Source: Acidobacteria bacterium RIFCSPLOWO2_12_FULL_66_21 | Lineage (GTDB): Bacteria > Acidobacteriota > Vicinamibacteria > Vicinamibacterales > 2-12-FULL-66-21 | Assembly (NCBI GenBank): GCA_001767455.1 | Contig: MELC01000088.1 | Span: forward strand, 11,939-75,938 | DNA: 64,000 bases | Reading direction: 5' to 3' | Shown: in pieces, positions 39,101 through 48,451 of the stretch | Layout: each line of letters opens with the position of its first letter | How positions within the stretch are numbered: the stretch's first letter is position 1 | Translations under genes and position numbers: made by a program | Notes under the pieces: model-generated | The model's input: only the letters and a program-made list of their open reading frames with translations | Databases searched by the model: none | Told to the model about the DNA's origin: nothing

Positions 39101-39375
39101 GCTGATTGGAAGCCGGAGAGTACGAACGACACCTCGTAGGTGCCCGGCTGCAGCAGCGCGAGGCCGTACTGCCCTGCGCCGTTGGTCACCGCTTCCGCGG
39201 TCCGCCCGGTCTGCACGTGCTTGGCGATCACGGAGACGCCCGGAAGCACGGCCCCGCTCTGATCGGTCACCGTTCCGGTGATGGTGCCAGTAGTTTCCTG
39301 GGCCCTTGCGGGTCCCGCGAGCGCGGCCAGAAGGGCCACGCACGCCAGTGCCTGCCAAATCCTTCGCTGCATCAT
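36118..39375 (-). CDS. TonB-dependent-type outer-membrane transporter with carboxypeptidase-regulatory-like N-domain
   Basis: Signal peptide, GTITGTVTDQSGAVLPG, LPLNNR, DGVSN, YAAEW, C-terminal PREIQLSLKLYW beta-strand. Confidence 0.9.
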   Translation of the reverse strand: MMQRRIWQALACVALLAALAGPARAQETTGTITGTVTDQSGAVLPGVSVIAKHVQTGRTAEAVTNGAGQYGLALLQPGTYEVSFVLSGFQSATIKGIELHVNDRLDISHKMGVGGLSETIEVSAAQQFVQSSPAVQNLIGPTQIQELPLNNRVFVQLATLVPGVSSDLPDEVGIGLTSTVSISVNGGRRNAVNWLVDGVSNVDVGSNITLLSTPTLESIQEFKIITSSYAAEWPRSGGGIVNIVTRGGTQKFSGTGYEFFRYDKLNANSFFRNSSTNPDIRNNAPRLRYNNFGYTIGGPMLPSRQKAFFFWSEEWRRIARSPASSTATVVDPAWLNDPTNVNYVDPALRDPNAVKLLALWPQPNSGVNRFINTNPTINNTRQEVIRLDYDWKPGWKIVGRYTHDLSQTTEPGGLFFGVAVPNVAATETNVPGNVFSTEVRTTRGRALNELKYQLSGNKIVTSDTAADRNTRTQFGVSIPELFPENNRDRIPTLVVTGLSTAGTTQGYNIQYWNHTVTDTLTLMRGNHGYKAGIMMAFEQKNEGASNETHGRFSFGNRAGVRTAFQSFLMGNSDGVCGNFCSYSESEIDVTNHLRFNRYEAFAQDTWRIRPNVTLDYGVRYALYPGVKDANNVLSTFVPSLYDPAKAPTFSSSTGGALIPGTGDPTNGLIIAGRNSPYGRQIYATDKNNIMPRAGVSWDPGTNGKMVVRAGYGLYYDQPLVGIFEQNAFVNPPFANSVSLLNPALSNPSAGTAPGTVGLRSLIASSVPFVTPRMQQWNVGMQRQLYRRGFIDVSYVGSHGDHQIQPLDINMPQPADVVGVAGNLNLVRPYQGYTSVTMRQTTAYSNYWGILTQFRHEAGRQGSLTVNYTLSRNRTTSTNDRDAIDFPQNPLDLDIEYADARTDRRHIFTATYVYEFPFFRDAENAVVGALLGGWQASGLTTINSGAPVPRITANTNGGRRGGRASVNGDPKTGTLPFPYWFDPASFIPPADGTYGNSPRAPLRLPGRNQTDLALSKNFYVGDNRLQFRADFINAFNHTQWLGVDAACSAASTVTLNRCDIGGTDTFGQITSTRNPREIQLSLKLYW

Positions 39376-39421
39376 CGATTTCCCCCACAAAAGGCGAAAA
39401 GGCTTTTCGGGCGAGAGCATA

Positions 39422-39433
39422 TCATTATAATGA
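39422..39433. promoter_or_regulatory. Perfect palindrome TCATTATAATGA, candidate GntR operator overlapping divergent -10 boxes
   Basis: 12-bp palindrome containing TATAAT on both strands, between the transporter gene and gntR. Confidence 0.6.
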
Positions 39434-39443
39434 CCTGAACAAT

Positions 39444-40187
39444 ATGCCGATGTTGCGGCGGGACCTGCCGGTTCCTCTCTACCACCAGCTGAAGACCGCC
39501 ATCCAGCGGGACATCGAGGCCGGGCGGTGGAAGCCGGGTGAGCAGCTTCCGACCGAAAACGACCTGATCGCGCGATTTCGCGTGAGCAAAATCACGGTCC
39601 GACAGGCGCTGCGCGAGCTGTCGAACCTGGGTTACATCCGTCGCGAGCAGGGCCGCGGCACGTTCGTCCAGCGGCCCCCGCTCGAGGAAGGGCCGCGCGA
39701 GCTCACCAGCTTCACGGACGAAATGCGGCATCACGGGCTGTCCGCGAAGTCCCAGGTGCTGGAACAAGGGGTCATCGCCGCGTCCCCGGACGTGGCGGCC
39801 AGGCTCGAAATCGCCCTCGCATCCCCCGTCTTTCGCCTGCGGCGCCTGCGCTTTGCCGAGGGCGAGCCGATGGGCCTCCAGACGGCGTACGTGCCGATGG
39901 CCGCAGTTCCCGGGATTGCGGACCTCCCCTTCACCGACGCGTCGCTCTACGATGTGTTCCGTTCGCGCTACAACCTCTACCCTGCCAGCGCGAAAGAAAC
40001 GCACGTCGCCGTCCTCGTGACCGCCGAAGACGCCGCCTTGCTGCGAACCTCTCCGGGGTCGCCCGGGCTTTCCGCCGAGCGTATGACGTACCTGTCGGAT
40101 GGCAAACCGCTCGAGTACGTGAAGTCCATCATGCGCGGCGATCGCTACAAGATCGTGCTGGATCTCGTGCGGCCGCCGACCACGTGA
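39444..40187 (+). CDS. GntR-family (HutC/NagR type) transcriptional regulator with UTRA domain
   Basis: PLYHQL, LPTENDL...FRVSKITVRQAL, QGRGTFV; UTRA domain (RLRFAEGEPM, RGDRY). Confidence 0.93.
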   Translation: MPMLRRDLPVPLYHQLKTAIQRDIEAGRWKPGEQLPTENDLIARFRVSKITVRQALRELSNLGYIRREQGRGTFVQRPPLEEGPRELTSFTDEMRHHGLSAKSQVLEQGVIAASPDVAARLEIALASPVFRLRRLRFAEGEPMGLQTAYVPMAAVPGIADLPFTDASLYDVFRSRYNLYPASAKETHVAVLVTAEDAALLRTSPGSPGLSAERMTYLSDGKPLEYVKSIMRGDRYKIVLDLVRPPTT

Positions 40188-40190
40188 GCG

Positions 40191-40220
40191 TTGACACTCA
40201 GGTTTGCGGGTTGCTACACT
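40191..40220 (+). promoter_or_regulatory. Probable sigma-70 promoter of the GH-SSS-hydrolase operon
   Basis: TTGACA-N18-TACACT with extended -10 TG. Confidence 0.6.
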
Positions 40221-40230
40221 CGCGTGCTTT

Positions 40231-41517
40231 ATGAGTGCAGCGGCTCGACACGGGCGCGGTCCTCTGGCCGCCGCAATCGCGATAGCCGCGTACGCGTACC
40301 TCCCCGGCGGCCCGCTCGCGCCGGCCCGCGCCGGCGCGGCGCCCGAACCCGCCACCGAGACCCGCGCGCTGTGGGTCCTGCGCACATCTCTTGGGTCCCC
40401 CGACAGCATCGCGACGCTCGTACGATCGGCGCGCGAGCACGGCTTCAACACGCTGCTCGTCCAGGTGCGGGGCCGCGGCGACTCGTACTACCGCGGCGGC
40501 GTCGAGCCCCGGCCCGCCGAGCTCGCGCGGCAGCCCGATTTCGATCCGCTCGCCAGCGTCCTCACCGCGGGGCACGCCGCGGGCCTGCGCGTCCACGCCT
40601 GGGTCAACGTGAACCTCGTGTCGAGCGCCGCGGATCTCCCGGCCGCGCGCGAGCACCTGATCTATCGCCATCCATCGTGGCTGATGGTGCCGCGCGACAT
40701 CGCGCAGGACCTGGCGGCCGAGAACATCGACAGCCCGGCGTACGTGGGCAAGCTGGCGCGCTGGACGCGCGCACAGCCCTCGGAGATCGAGGGGCTCTAC
40801 TCGACGCCGATCGCTCCCGCGGCGGCCGCCTACACCACCGAGGTGGTCGAGGATCTGGTGCGGCGCTACGCGGTTGACGGCGTCCATTTCGATTACGCGC
40901 GCTACCCCACCGAGCGCTTCGACTACAGCCGCGACGCCATCCGCGAGTTCCGCGCCGCGGTCCGCGATCGGCTGCCGCTCGCGACCAGGCGCGCGCTCGA
41001 CGCGCAGGAGGTGGACGACCTCTTCGCCTACCCCGACGGGTTGCAGGACCAGTGGCGCGGCTTCCGGATCGAACGGATGACAGGGCTAATCCGCCGGATG
41101 AGCGCGGCCGTCAGGCGCGCGCGGCCGCACGCGGTCCTCAGCGTCGCCGTCTCCCCGGATCTGCGCGACGCCTCCGACCGCCGGCTGCAGGACTGGGGAG
41201 CGTGGCTCGACGCCGGGCTCATCGACGCGCTCTGTCCGATGGCGTACACGGAGGAGCTGGAGCGCTTTGCCGGGCAGATTGCCGCCGCGCGGCACGCGGC
41301 GGGGACGCGCGAGGTCTGGGCCGGCATCGGTGCCTGGCGCCTCACGCCGGGCCGCACCATCGAGAACATCCAGACGGCCCGGCGGCTCGGCGCGGCCGGC
41401 GTCGTGCTCTTCTCGTACGACAGCCTCACGAACCCGCGGCAGACCGTCCCCGACTACCTGGCGCTCGTCGGGCGCGGTGCGTTCGCGGCGACCTCCACCA
41501 CGGCCGGTTCACGCTAG
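40231..41517 (+). CDS. Exported glycoside-hydrolase-like protein (GHL10/DUF187, YddW/DigH-like)
   Basis: [42 protein letters not shown]. Confidence 0.85.
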   Translation: MSAAARHGRGPLAAAIAIAAYAYLPGGPLAPARAGAAPEPATETRALWVLRTSLGSPDSIATLVRSAREHGFNTLLVQVRGRGDSYYRGGVEPRPAELARQPDFDPLASVLTAGHAAGLRVHAWVNVNLVSSAADLPAAREHLIYRHPSWLMVPRDIAQDLAAENIDSPAYVGKLARWTRAQPSEIEGLYSTPIAPAAAAYTTEVVEDLVRRYAVDGVHFDYARYPTERFDYSRDAIREFRAAVRDRLPLATRRALDAQEVDDLFAYPDGLQDQWRGFRIERMTGLIRRMSAAVRRARPHAVLSVAVSPDLRDASDRRLQDWGAWLDAGLIDALCPMAYTEELERFAGQIAAARHAAGTREVWAGIGAWRLTPGRTIENIQTARRLGAAGVVLFSYDSLTNPRQTVPDYLALVGRGAFAATSTTAGSR

Positions 41518-41524
41518 CCGCGAC

Positions 41525-43063
41525 GTGCATCCGCTCGACCTCGCGGTCCTCGTCATCTATCTCGCGGGCATCGTCGCGTTCGGCGCGTACTTCTCGAAGT
41601 CGCATCACACCATCCAGGACTACTTCGTGTCGGGCAAGACGATCCCGTGGTGGGCGATCATGGGATCGATCGTGGCGACCGAGACGAGCACCGTCACGTT
41701 CATCAGCGTTCCCGGGTACGCCTACAGCCGCGACTTCACGTTCCTGCAGCTCGTCATGGGCTACATGATCGGGCGCATTGCCGTTTCCGTGCTGTTCATC
41801 CCGGCGTACTTCCGCGGGCAGCTGCTGACCGTCTATCAACTGCTGGGCGAACGGTTCGGCGGGCACGTCAAGCGCCTGGCGTCGGGCGTGTTCCTGCTGA
41901 CGCGCAGCTTCGCCGACGGCTTCCGTCTTTTTGCCACCGGGCTCGTGCTCGCGGCGGTGCTGCGGGTGCTGCCGCAGATGGACGACCTCTCGCGCGCGGT
42001 GCTGCCGGACGCGGATCCCACCTACACGATCCTGATTCTGTCCGTGATCGTGATTGGCGTCGCGACCATCATCTACACGTACCACGGCGGCATGACGGCG
42101 GTGATCTGGACCGACGTCGTCCAGCTGGTCGTCTACCTGGTCGGCGCGGCGATCGCGGCGTGGATCCTCCTGCGCGAGATTCCGGGCGGATGGGCGGAGG
42201 TCCGGGCCGTCGGCGACGCGGCGGGAAGGTTCCGCCTGTTCGATTTCACCGGCACGTTCACGAAGAGCTACACGTTCTGGTCCGGCGTGATCGGCGGCGC
42301 GTTCCTGACGACGGCCACGCACGGCACCGACCAGTTGATGGTGCAGCGGTACTTCTGCGCGTCGAACGAACACCAGGCCCGGAAGGCGCTCCTCTGGAGC
42401 GGCGTCGTCGTCTTCGTCCAGTTCGCGCTGTTCCTCACGATCGGCGTGATGCTCTTCGTCTACTACACGCAGCACGCGCCGGGCGAGATGGCGGCCTTCA
42501 TGCAGGACGGCAGCCTCCGGACCGATCGGGTCTTCCCGTACTTCATCGTCGGCCACCTGCCGCACGGCGTGGTCGGCCTGGTCCTTGCCGCGATTTTCGC
42601 GGCAGCCATGTCCACGCTGTCCTCGTCGCTCAATTCGTCGGCGGCGGCCGCCGTGAACGATTTCTACGTGCCCGCGACCGGCGGACGCCGCGCCGACGCG
42701 CATTACCTGCGCGTCTCGCGGGTGCTGACGGCGATCTTCGGCGCGATCCAGATGGCCGTCGCCATCGCCGCCATCACGCTCTCCAGCCGCGTCGTCGACG
42801 AGGTGCTCGGGATTGCGTCGTTCACCAACGGCGTCATTCTTGGCGTCTTTCTCCTCGGCACGTTCACCACGCGCGTCAGCCAGCGGGCCGCGTTTGCCGG
42901 CATCATCGGCGGCGCCGCCCTGATGCTCGTGGTGAAGCTCGGCACCGCCGTGTCGTGGCAGTGGTACGTCCTCATCGGATCCGCGGCCACCTTCATCATC
43001 GGCTGGGCCGCGTCACGCCTCCTCGGCGAGGAGGTGCACGCGCCCTCGGCTCTCAGGCCGTGA
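41525..43063 (+). CDS. Sodium:solute symporter
   Basis: Multi-TM; [45 protein letters not shown]. Confidence 0.92.
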   Translation: MHPLDLAVLVIYLAGIVAFGAYFSKSHHTIQDYFVSGKTIPWWAIMGSIVATETSTVTFISVPGYAYSRDFTFLQLVMGYMIGRIAVSVLFIPAYFRGQLLTVYQLLGERFGGHVKRLASGVFLLTRSFADGFRLFATGLVLAAVLRVLPQMDDLSRAVLPDADPTYTILILSVIVIGVATIIYTYHGGMTAVIWTDVVQLVVYLVGAAIAAWILLREIPGGWAEVRAVGDAAGRFRLFDFTGTFTKSYTFWSGVIGGAFLTTATHGTDQLMVQRYFCASNEHQARKALLWSGVVVFVQFALFLTIGVMLFVYYTQHAPGEMAAFMQDGSLRTDRVFPYFIVGHLPHGVVGLVLAAIFAAAMSTLSSSLNSSAAAAVNDFYVPATGGRRADAHYLRVSRVLTAIFGAIQMAVAIAAITLSSRVVDEVLGIASFTNGVILGVFLLGTFTTRVSQRAAFAGIIGGAALMLVVKLGTAVSWQWYVLIGSAATFIIGWAASRLLGEEVHAPSALRP

Positions 43064-44145
43064 CGCGATTCGCCGAAGCGGCCGCCATCCTGTCCTCGGG
43101 CGCCACCGCGCGCGCGTTCGCGGCCGCCGCCGTCGAGGTCGGGCGCGCCGACGGCCCGATCTGGCAGCAGGCGTTCGGCACCCTCACGTACGAGCCGGAC
43201 TCCCCCGCCGCGACGACGGGGACCATCTTCGATCTGGCGTCACTGACGAAGGTGATCGCGACGACGACCCTGGCGATGCGCCTGATGGACGACGAGGCGC
43301 TGGCGCTCGAGGAGCGCGTCGCCGAGTGGCTGCCCGAGTGGCGCGGCGCCGACCGCGAAGCCGCGACCGTTCGCGATCTCCTCGAGCACGCCTCCGGACT
43401 TCCCGCGTACCTGCCGTTCTTCCGCGATCACACCGGGCGCGCCGAATTCGAGCCGGCCATCTGCCACGTCGCCCTCGAGTGCGCGCCCCGCGAACGAGCG
43501 ATCTACAGCGATCTCGGTTTCATGCTCCTCGGTTTCATCATCGAGGACGCACGGTCGGGCCGGCCCCCGCGCCCCGCGGGCGTGCTCGACCCGTCGACGC
43601 TGCTCGCCGCGCAATTCCACCGGCTCGCCTCGTTCCTGACGCCCGAGCCGCTCGCCTTCAAGCCGCCCCGCGAGTGGCGCGGGCGGACGGCGCCCACCGA
43701 GATCGACCGGTGGCGCGGCCGATTGCTCGCCGGCGAAGTGCACGACGAGAACGCCTGGGCGCTCGGCGGCGCCGCCGGCCACGCGGGCCTGTTCGGCACC
43801 GCGCCGGCCGTCGGCGCCTTCGCGCGCGCCATCCTCCACACCATCCGCGGCGACGCCGTCCTCGCGCAGCCGTCCACGCTCCGCGAGTTCATGCGCCGCG
43901 GCACAGTGCCCGGCAGTTCGCGCGCGCTCGGCTGGGACACGATGCTTCCCACCTCCTCGTGCGGGACACGGATGTCTCCAACCGCAATCGGCCACACCGG
44001 CTTTACGGGCACGTCACTGTGGATCGACGGGGAACGCGATCTCTATATCGTGTTGCTCACCAACCGGGTCTACCCGACGAGGGACAACGAACGAATCCGC
44101 CCAATCCGGCCACGGTTTCACGATGCGGTGATTGCGGCCCTCTGA
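43060..44145 (+). CDS. Serine hydrolase, beta-lactamase/AmiE-like family
   Basis: FDLASLTK (SxxK), [34 protein letters not shown]. Confidence 0.88.
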   Translation: MTRFAEAAAILSSGATARAFAAAAVEVGRADGPIWQQAFGTLTYEPDSPAATTGTIFDLASLTKVIATTTLAMRLMDDEALALEERVAEWLPEWRGADREAATVRDLLEHASGLPAYLPFFRDHTGRAEFEPAICHVALECAPRERAIYSDLGFMLLGFIIEDARSGRPPRPAGVLDPSTLLAAQFHRLASFLTPEPLAFKPPREWRGRTAPTEIDRWRGRLLAGEVHDENAWALGGAAGHAGLFGTAPAVGAFARAILHTIRGDAVLAQPSTLREFMRRGTVPGSSRALGWDTMLPTSSCGTRMSPTAIGHTGFTGTSLWIDGERDLYIVLLTNRVYPTRDNERIRPIRPRFHDAVIAAL

Positions 44146-44149
44146 GGCC

Positions 44150-44395
44150 ACGGTGCTGACGGAGGTAGCGGAGAAGACCATCTACACGGAGGCACGGAGT
44201 TCACGGGGACGCACGGAGGCGGCCGGTCTGGCCGCGCTCGCGCGGTGAGGCCGAAGCGGCCGGCGCCAGACCGGCCGCCGTGCGCGACGACCTCACAGCC
44301 GCGACCCCATCCCGGGACCGATCAAACTCCGTGCGCCTCCGTGTCCTCCGTGCCTCCGTGTGACCGTCGTCTCCGCGCCCTCCGCCTACTCCCTG
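44150..44395. repeat. Nested palindromic dispersed element, copy 2
   Basis: Shares GGCCGGTCTGGCCGCGCTCG, GCCAGACCGGCC and CTCCGTGCCTCCGTGTGA...CCGCGCCCTCCGCCT with 14557-14803. Confidence 0.75.
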
Positions 44396-44426
44396 CGCTC
44401 GTATTTGGCCATACAATGGCGCCGTC

Positions 44427-46211
44427 ATGACCCTGACAACTCTCGACTGGGTGATCATCGCCGCCTACTTCGTGCTCTCCCTGGCGATCGGCCTGTTCTA
44501 TTACCGCCGCGCTGGAGAAAGTACTGGCGAGTACTTCGTGGCCGGGCGCAACCTGCCGTGGTGGCTGGCGGGCACGTCGATGGTGGCGACGACCTTCGCG
44601 GCCGACACGCCGCTGGCGGTGACCGAGATGGTCGCCAGGAACGGCGTGGCGGGTAACTGGCTCTGGTGGGCGATGCTGCCGAGCGGCATGCTCACGGTGT
44701 TCTTCTTTGCGCGGCTCTGGCGCCGCGCGGAGGTGATGACCGACGTCGAGTTCGTCGAGCTGCGGTACTCGGGCAGGCCCGCGGCATTCCTTCGGGCGTT
44801 CCGCTCGCTGTACCTCGGCCTCGCGATCAATTTGATCATCATGGGCTGGGTCAACCTCGGGATGGCGAAGATCCTGAGCGGCACGCTCGGCTTGCAGAAA
44901 TGGCAGGCGCTCGGCTTCTGCCTCGGGATCACCTTCCTGTATTCGATTCTTTCCGGCCTCTGGGGCGTCGTCGTCACCGACGCCGTGCAGTTCGTCATCG
45001 CGATGGTGGGCTCGTTCGCGCTCGCGTATTTCGCCGTGCATGCGGTCGGCGGTCTCGACGCGCTGAAGGCGGGGATGGCCGCGGCCGTTCCTGCCGGCGG
45101 CACGGAGCCGTTCGGGCCGGCGGCGCTCTCTTTGTGGCCTGACGGATCGGCCGCGTGGATGATCCCCTTCGTGACGCTCGTGACCTACCTCGGCGTGAAC
45201 TGGTGGGCGTCCTGGTACCCGGGAGCCGAGCCCGGCGGCGGCGGCTACATCGCGCAGCGCATCTTCTCCGCGAAAAACGAAAAGCACGGCGTTCTGGCGA
45301 CGCTCTGGTTCAACGTCGCGCACTACGCGCTGCGGCCCTGGCCCTGGATCCTCGTCGCCCTGTCGTCGCTGGTGCTCTACAAAGGCGGCGTGATCAATCC
45401 CGCCACCGGCGTGGTCGATCCCGCGCTCGGGTACGTGCAGGTGATGAACGATTACCTGCCCGTGGGGTTCCGCGGGCTGCTCCTCGCGTCGTTCGCCGCG
45501 GCGTACATGAGCACGATCGCGACGCAGATGAACTGGGGCTCCAGCTACATCGTGAACGATTTCTACCGGCGGTTCCTCCGCAAGGGAGAGACGGAGCGCC
45601 ACTACGTGATGGCGTCGCGGGTCGCTACGTTCCTGACGATGCTCCTGTCGATTGTCGTGACCTACTTCATGAACCGCATCACGGGCGGATGGGAGCTGGT
45701 GCTGACGCTCGGCGCGGGCACGGGCCTCGTCTACATCCTGCGCTGGTACTGGTGGCGGATCAACGCGTGGTCCGAGATTTCCGCGATGACCGCGGCGCTC
45801 GTCGTCTCGCTCGGTCTGTTGTGGAGCGGTGTCTTCGAGGGCGGGACGCCGCGCGGGTTCGCGCTCACGATTCTGACGACGGTGGGCATCACGACCGCGG
45901 TGTGGCTGGCCGCGACGTTTGCCACGTCGCCGGAGCCCGAGGCCAAACTGGTCTCGTTCTACCGCCGCGTGCGTCCGGCAGGCCCGGGATGGACGGCCGT
46001 CGCCGCGCGCGCGGGAGGGCCGGCCTCGGCGCCAGTCGATCGCCTCGGACCCGGATTCATCAACTGGGTGCTCGGCATCGCCGTGGTGTACTCGACGCTC
46101 TTTGCGATCGGGGATCTGCTGTTCGGCGCGCTGGCTCGTGGAGCCGGCCTCGCCGCCCTCGCGCTCGTCGCCGCTCTCGCGCTCGCGCGACGGTTGGAGG
46201 GAGGGTTCTAG
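44427..46211 (+). CDS. Sodium:solute symporter family protein
   Basis: Multi-TM; YFVAGRNLPWW, SMVATTFAADTPL, GLWGVVVTD, AAYMST. Confidence 0.9.
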   Translation: MTLTTLDWVIIAAYFVLSLAIGLFYYRRAGESTGEYFVAGRNLPWWLAGTSMVATTFAADTPLAVTEMVARNGVAGNWLWWAMLPSGMLTVFFFARLWRRAEVMTDVEFVELRYSGRPAAFLRAFRSLYLGLAINLIIMGWVNLGMAKILSGTLGLQKWQALGFCLGITFLYSILSGLWGVVVTDAVQFVIAMVGSFALAYFAVHAVGGLDALKAGMAAAVPAGGTEPFGPAALSLWPDGSAAWMIPFVTLVTYLGVNWWASWYPGAEPGGGGYIAQRIFSAKNEKHGVLATLWFNVAHYALRPWPWILVALSSLVLYKGGVINPATGVVDPALGYVQVMNDYLPVGFRGLLLASFAAAYMSTIATQMNWGSSYIVNDFYRRFLRKGETERHYVMASRVATFLTMLLSIVVTYFMNRITGGWELVLTLGAGTGLVYILRWYWWRINAWSEISAMTAALVVSLGLLWSGVFEGGTPRGFALTILTTVGITTAVWLAATFATSPEPEAKLVSFYRRVRPAGPGWTAVAARAGGPASAPVDRLGPGFINWVLGIAVVYSTLFAIGDLLFGALARGAGLAALALVAALALARRLEGGF

Positions 46212-46250
46212 GGTTCTAGGGTTCCAGGGTTCCAGGGTTCTTGGGGTTCT
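46203..46250 (+). repeat. GGGTTCYA octamer array overlapping the symporter stop
   Basis: GGGTTCTA x2, GGGTTCCA x2, then degenerate units. Confidence 0.85.
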
Positions 46251-46307
46251 CAGAAATCTAGTCGTCCGTCAGGCCTCTCCAGTCGTCTCAAACTGACAGT
46301 GAGACTC

Positions 46308-47072
46308 CTATCCCCTACCGCCCCGGCGGCCGCCCGGCGCTCCGCGGAACGGTCCCGGGTCGGCTCCGCCCGGCCTGAATCCGCCCGGTCCGCGTCCGCG
46401 GCCGTCCGGCCCGCCGCGCCCGTCGCCGCGGCCACGTCCGTCCGGCCTGCCGATCCCGCCGGGTCCGGCCCTGCCACCCGGCCCGCCGACGCCGCCACCG
46501 GGCCGATTGCTGACCGCGATCAGGAACTGCCACTCGTTGTAATGCGTGCGTCCCTTGTACACGCGGATCGAGGCTTCCTTGCTCTTGCTCTGGACCCCCA
46601 TGAACGGGCCGCCCAGCCCCGCGCCCAGCGAGAATCCCCCGGAGCCGCCGGACCCTTGGGGTGTGCCGGACGGGGTCGGGATGCGTCCGGTGGCGCCGGC
46701 GCTCCCCTGACCGCGTCCGGGGATCTGCCCGCCGGGATTCGGCCCAAGGGGAGTCCCTCCTCCGACGGCCGACGCGGGAATCAGCGTGAATTCCCCATCC
46801 TCCGTCATCGGGTCCTTGTACTTCTTGCGGAGAAACCGCTGCGTCACCAGCACGTCGATGTTGGTCGGAAAGGAACCCGTTTTTCGCTGATACAGGCCGA
46901 TGGCCCGCGCGTACTGCTCGCCGCGGAACACCAGCTCGGCTTCCTTCTCGCGCTGCGCCTGCTGGCGCCACACGGGAAGGGCGACGCTCATCAGCACCGC
47001 CATCACTCCCAGCGCCACCAACAGCGCAGCCATCGCGTATCCGCGCTGGCTGCCTTGACCCTCTAAATACAT
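46308..47072 (-). CDS. Minor pseudopilin-like protein lacking Glu+5, with Gly/Arg-rich C-terminal tail
   Basis: QRG|YAMAALLVALGVMAV prepilin-like site, REKEAEL, RFLRKKYKDPMT; ATG at 47072. Confidence 0.8.
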   Translation of the reverse strand: MYLEGQGSQRGYAMAALLVALGVMAVLMSVALPVWRQQAQREKEAELVFRGEQYARAIGLYQRKTGSFPTNIDVLVTQRFLRKKYKDPMTEDGEFTLIPASAVGGGTPLGPNPGGQIPGRGQGSAGATGRIPTPSGTPQGSGGSGGFSLGAGLGGPFMGVQSKSKEASIRVYKGRTHYNEWQFLIAVSNRPGGGVGGPGGRAGPGGIGRPDGRGRGDGRGGPDGRGRGPGGFRPGGADPGPFRGAPGGRRGGRG

Positions 47073-47097
47073 GAGAGTATTATCCTTAGCGTCACTT

Positions 47098-48378
47098 ATG
47101 GTAACACACATCGCCCGTCGCCCAAGGCCCCGCGCCGTTGCGATTCCCGTCGCCGCGCTCTCGTTCATGACGGTCCTTTCCGCCGTGGCCGGGTGCGACA
47201 AAGTGCCGCTCGTCGCGCCGACCGGGAGTGTGATCACTTTGTTTGCCTCGGCGCCGAACGTGGCGGCCAACGGCCAGATTGAAATCGTGGCCACGGTAAT
47301 CGAGCATGGGACCACGGCGGCGACTGGCACCGGAACGCCGCCAGGTGGAACCGGCACCACATCGACGTCGACGGCCGGTTCCGGCACGCCGGTGCAGAAC
47401 GGCACGCTGGTGTCGTTCACCTCGACGCTCGGCACGATCGAGCCGCGCGAGGCGCGCACGAACAACGGTGAAGTGCGCGTCCGGTTCATCGCCGGCGGAC
47501 AGAGCGGCTCGGCGACCATCACGGCGTACTCGGGCGGCGCGTCAGGCACGCTGAAAGACCTCCTGGTCGGGACCGCCGCGGCCAAACGCATTACCGTCAC
47601 CGCCACGCCGCAGAACCTCGGCTCGTCGGGCGGCACCGCCGACATCGCGGCGCAGGTGCAGGACGACGCCGGCACCGGACTGGCCGGCGTGCCCGTGACC
47701 TTCACGACCTCGGCGGGGACGGTGACCCCGGCGACCGCCACAACGGATTCCGCAGGCGTCGCGCACGCCACGCTGACGTCCACAACGAAGGCGGAGGTGA
47801 CGGCGACGGCCGGGGCGCAGTCGGGCAAAGTCACGGTGGACGTGGCGGCCCGATCGGGTCTGGCCGTCAGCGCGTCGCCCACCTCGACGAGCGCCGGCGT
47901 GCCGGTGGCATTCACCATTACGACTAATGACGCCGCGATCCTGACAAACGGACGGATTAATTACGGCGACGGTCAGAGCCAGTCGCTTGGAACGCTCAAC
48001 AAGACGCGGAGCGATCAGCACGTCTACTCCGCGGCCGGCACCTATACGGTCACGGTCACCGCCACGGATGCCAGTGGCAACACCGACGGCGCCGGCACGA
48101 CCGTCATCGTCAGCGCACTGGGCGTCTCGATCACCACCACTGGCTCGCAGATTCAGAACAGCCCCATCACGTTCACGGCGACCTTCGACGCGGGCGCCAA
48201 TCCGTCCGTGTCCCGATACGTGTGGACGTTCGTCGAGGACGCCGCGACGCAGGAGACCACGGGCAGGTCGACGGTCCACTCCTTTGCGACGAAAGGCAAC
48301 AAGACCATCCGGGTCGATGTCTACGGCATCAACGGACAGATCATCGGAACGGCCACGACGCAGGTCTCCATCAACTGA
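47098..48378 (+). CDS. Lipoprotein with Ig-like (Big-1/invasin) and PKD domains
   Basis: Lipobox VAGC; GTLVSFTS, GVPVTFTT...TTDSAGVA, YGDG...HVYSAAGTYTVTV. Confidence 0.8.
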   Translation: MVTHIARRPRPRAVAIPVAALSFMTVLSAVAGCDKVPLVAPTGSVITLFASAPNVAANGQIEIVATVIEHGTTAATGTGTPPGGTGTTSTSTAGSGTPVQNGTLVSFTSTLGTIEPREARTNNGEVRVRFIAGGQSGSATITAYSGGASGTLKDLLVGTAAAKRITVTATPQNLGSSGGTADIAAQVQDDAGTGLAGVPVTFTTSAGTVTPATATTDSAGVAHATLTSTTKAEVTATAGAQSGKVTVDVAARSGLAVSASPTSTSAGVPVAFTITTNDAAILTNGRINYGDGQSQSLGTLNKTRSDQHVYSAAGTYTVTVTATDASGNTDGAGTTVIVSALGVSITTTGSQIQNSPITFTATFDAGANPSVSRYVWTFVEDAATQETTGRSTVHSFATKGNKTIRVDVYGINGQIIGTATTQVSIN

Positions 48379-48451
48379 TCCGTCAAAGGGCGTTCTCCGG
48401 GCGGCTCCTCCGGCTCTCGACTCGCCCGAGGGGCTGCGCCACGCGCGCTTC

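Noticed and set aside
35992-39105. 1037-aa plus-strand ORF
   Set aside because: Antisense shadow of the outer-membrane transporter; typical high-GC artefact with no motifs.
43060-44145. Antibiotic-resistance beta-lactamase
   Set aside because: No signal peptide, YSD instead of YxN, and the amino-sugar context favours an amidase/esterase.
47073-47918. Extension of the minus-strand pilin ORF to 536 aa
   Set aside because: Antisense to the Ig/PKD lipoprotein; the prepilin motif places the start at 47072.
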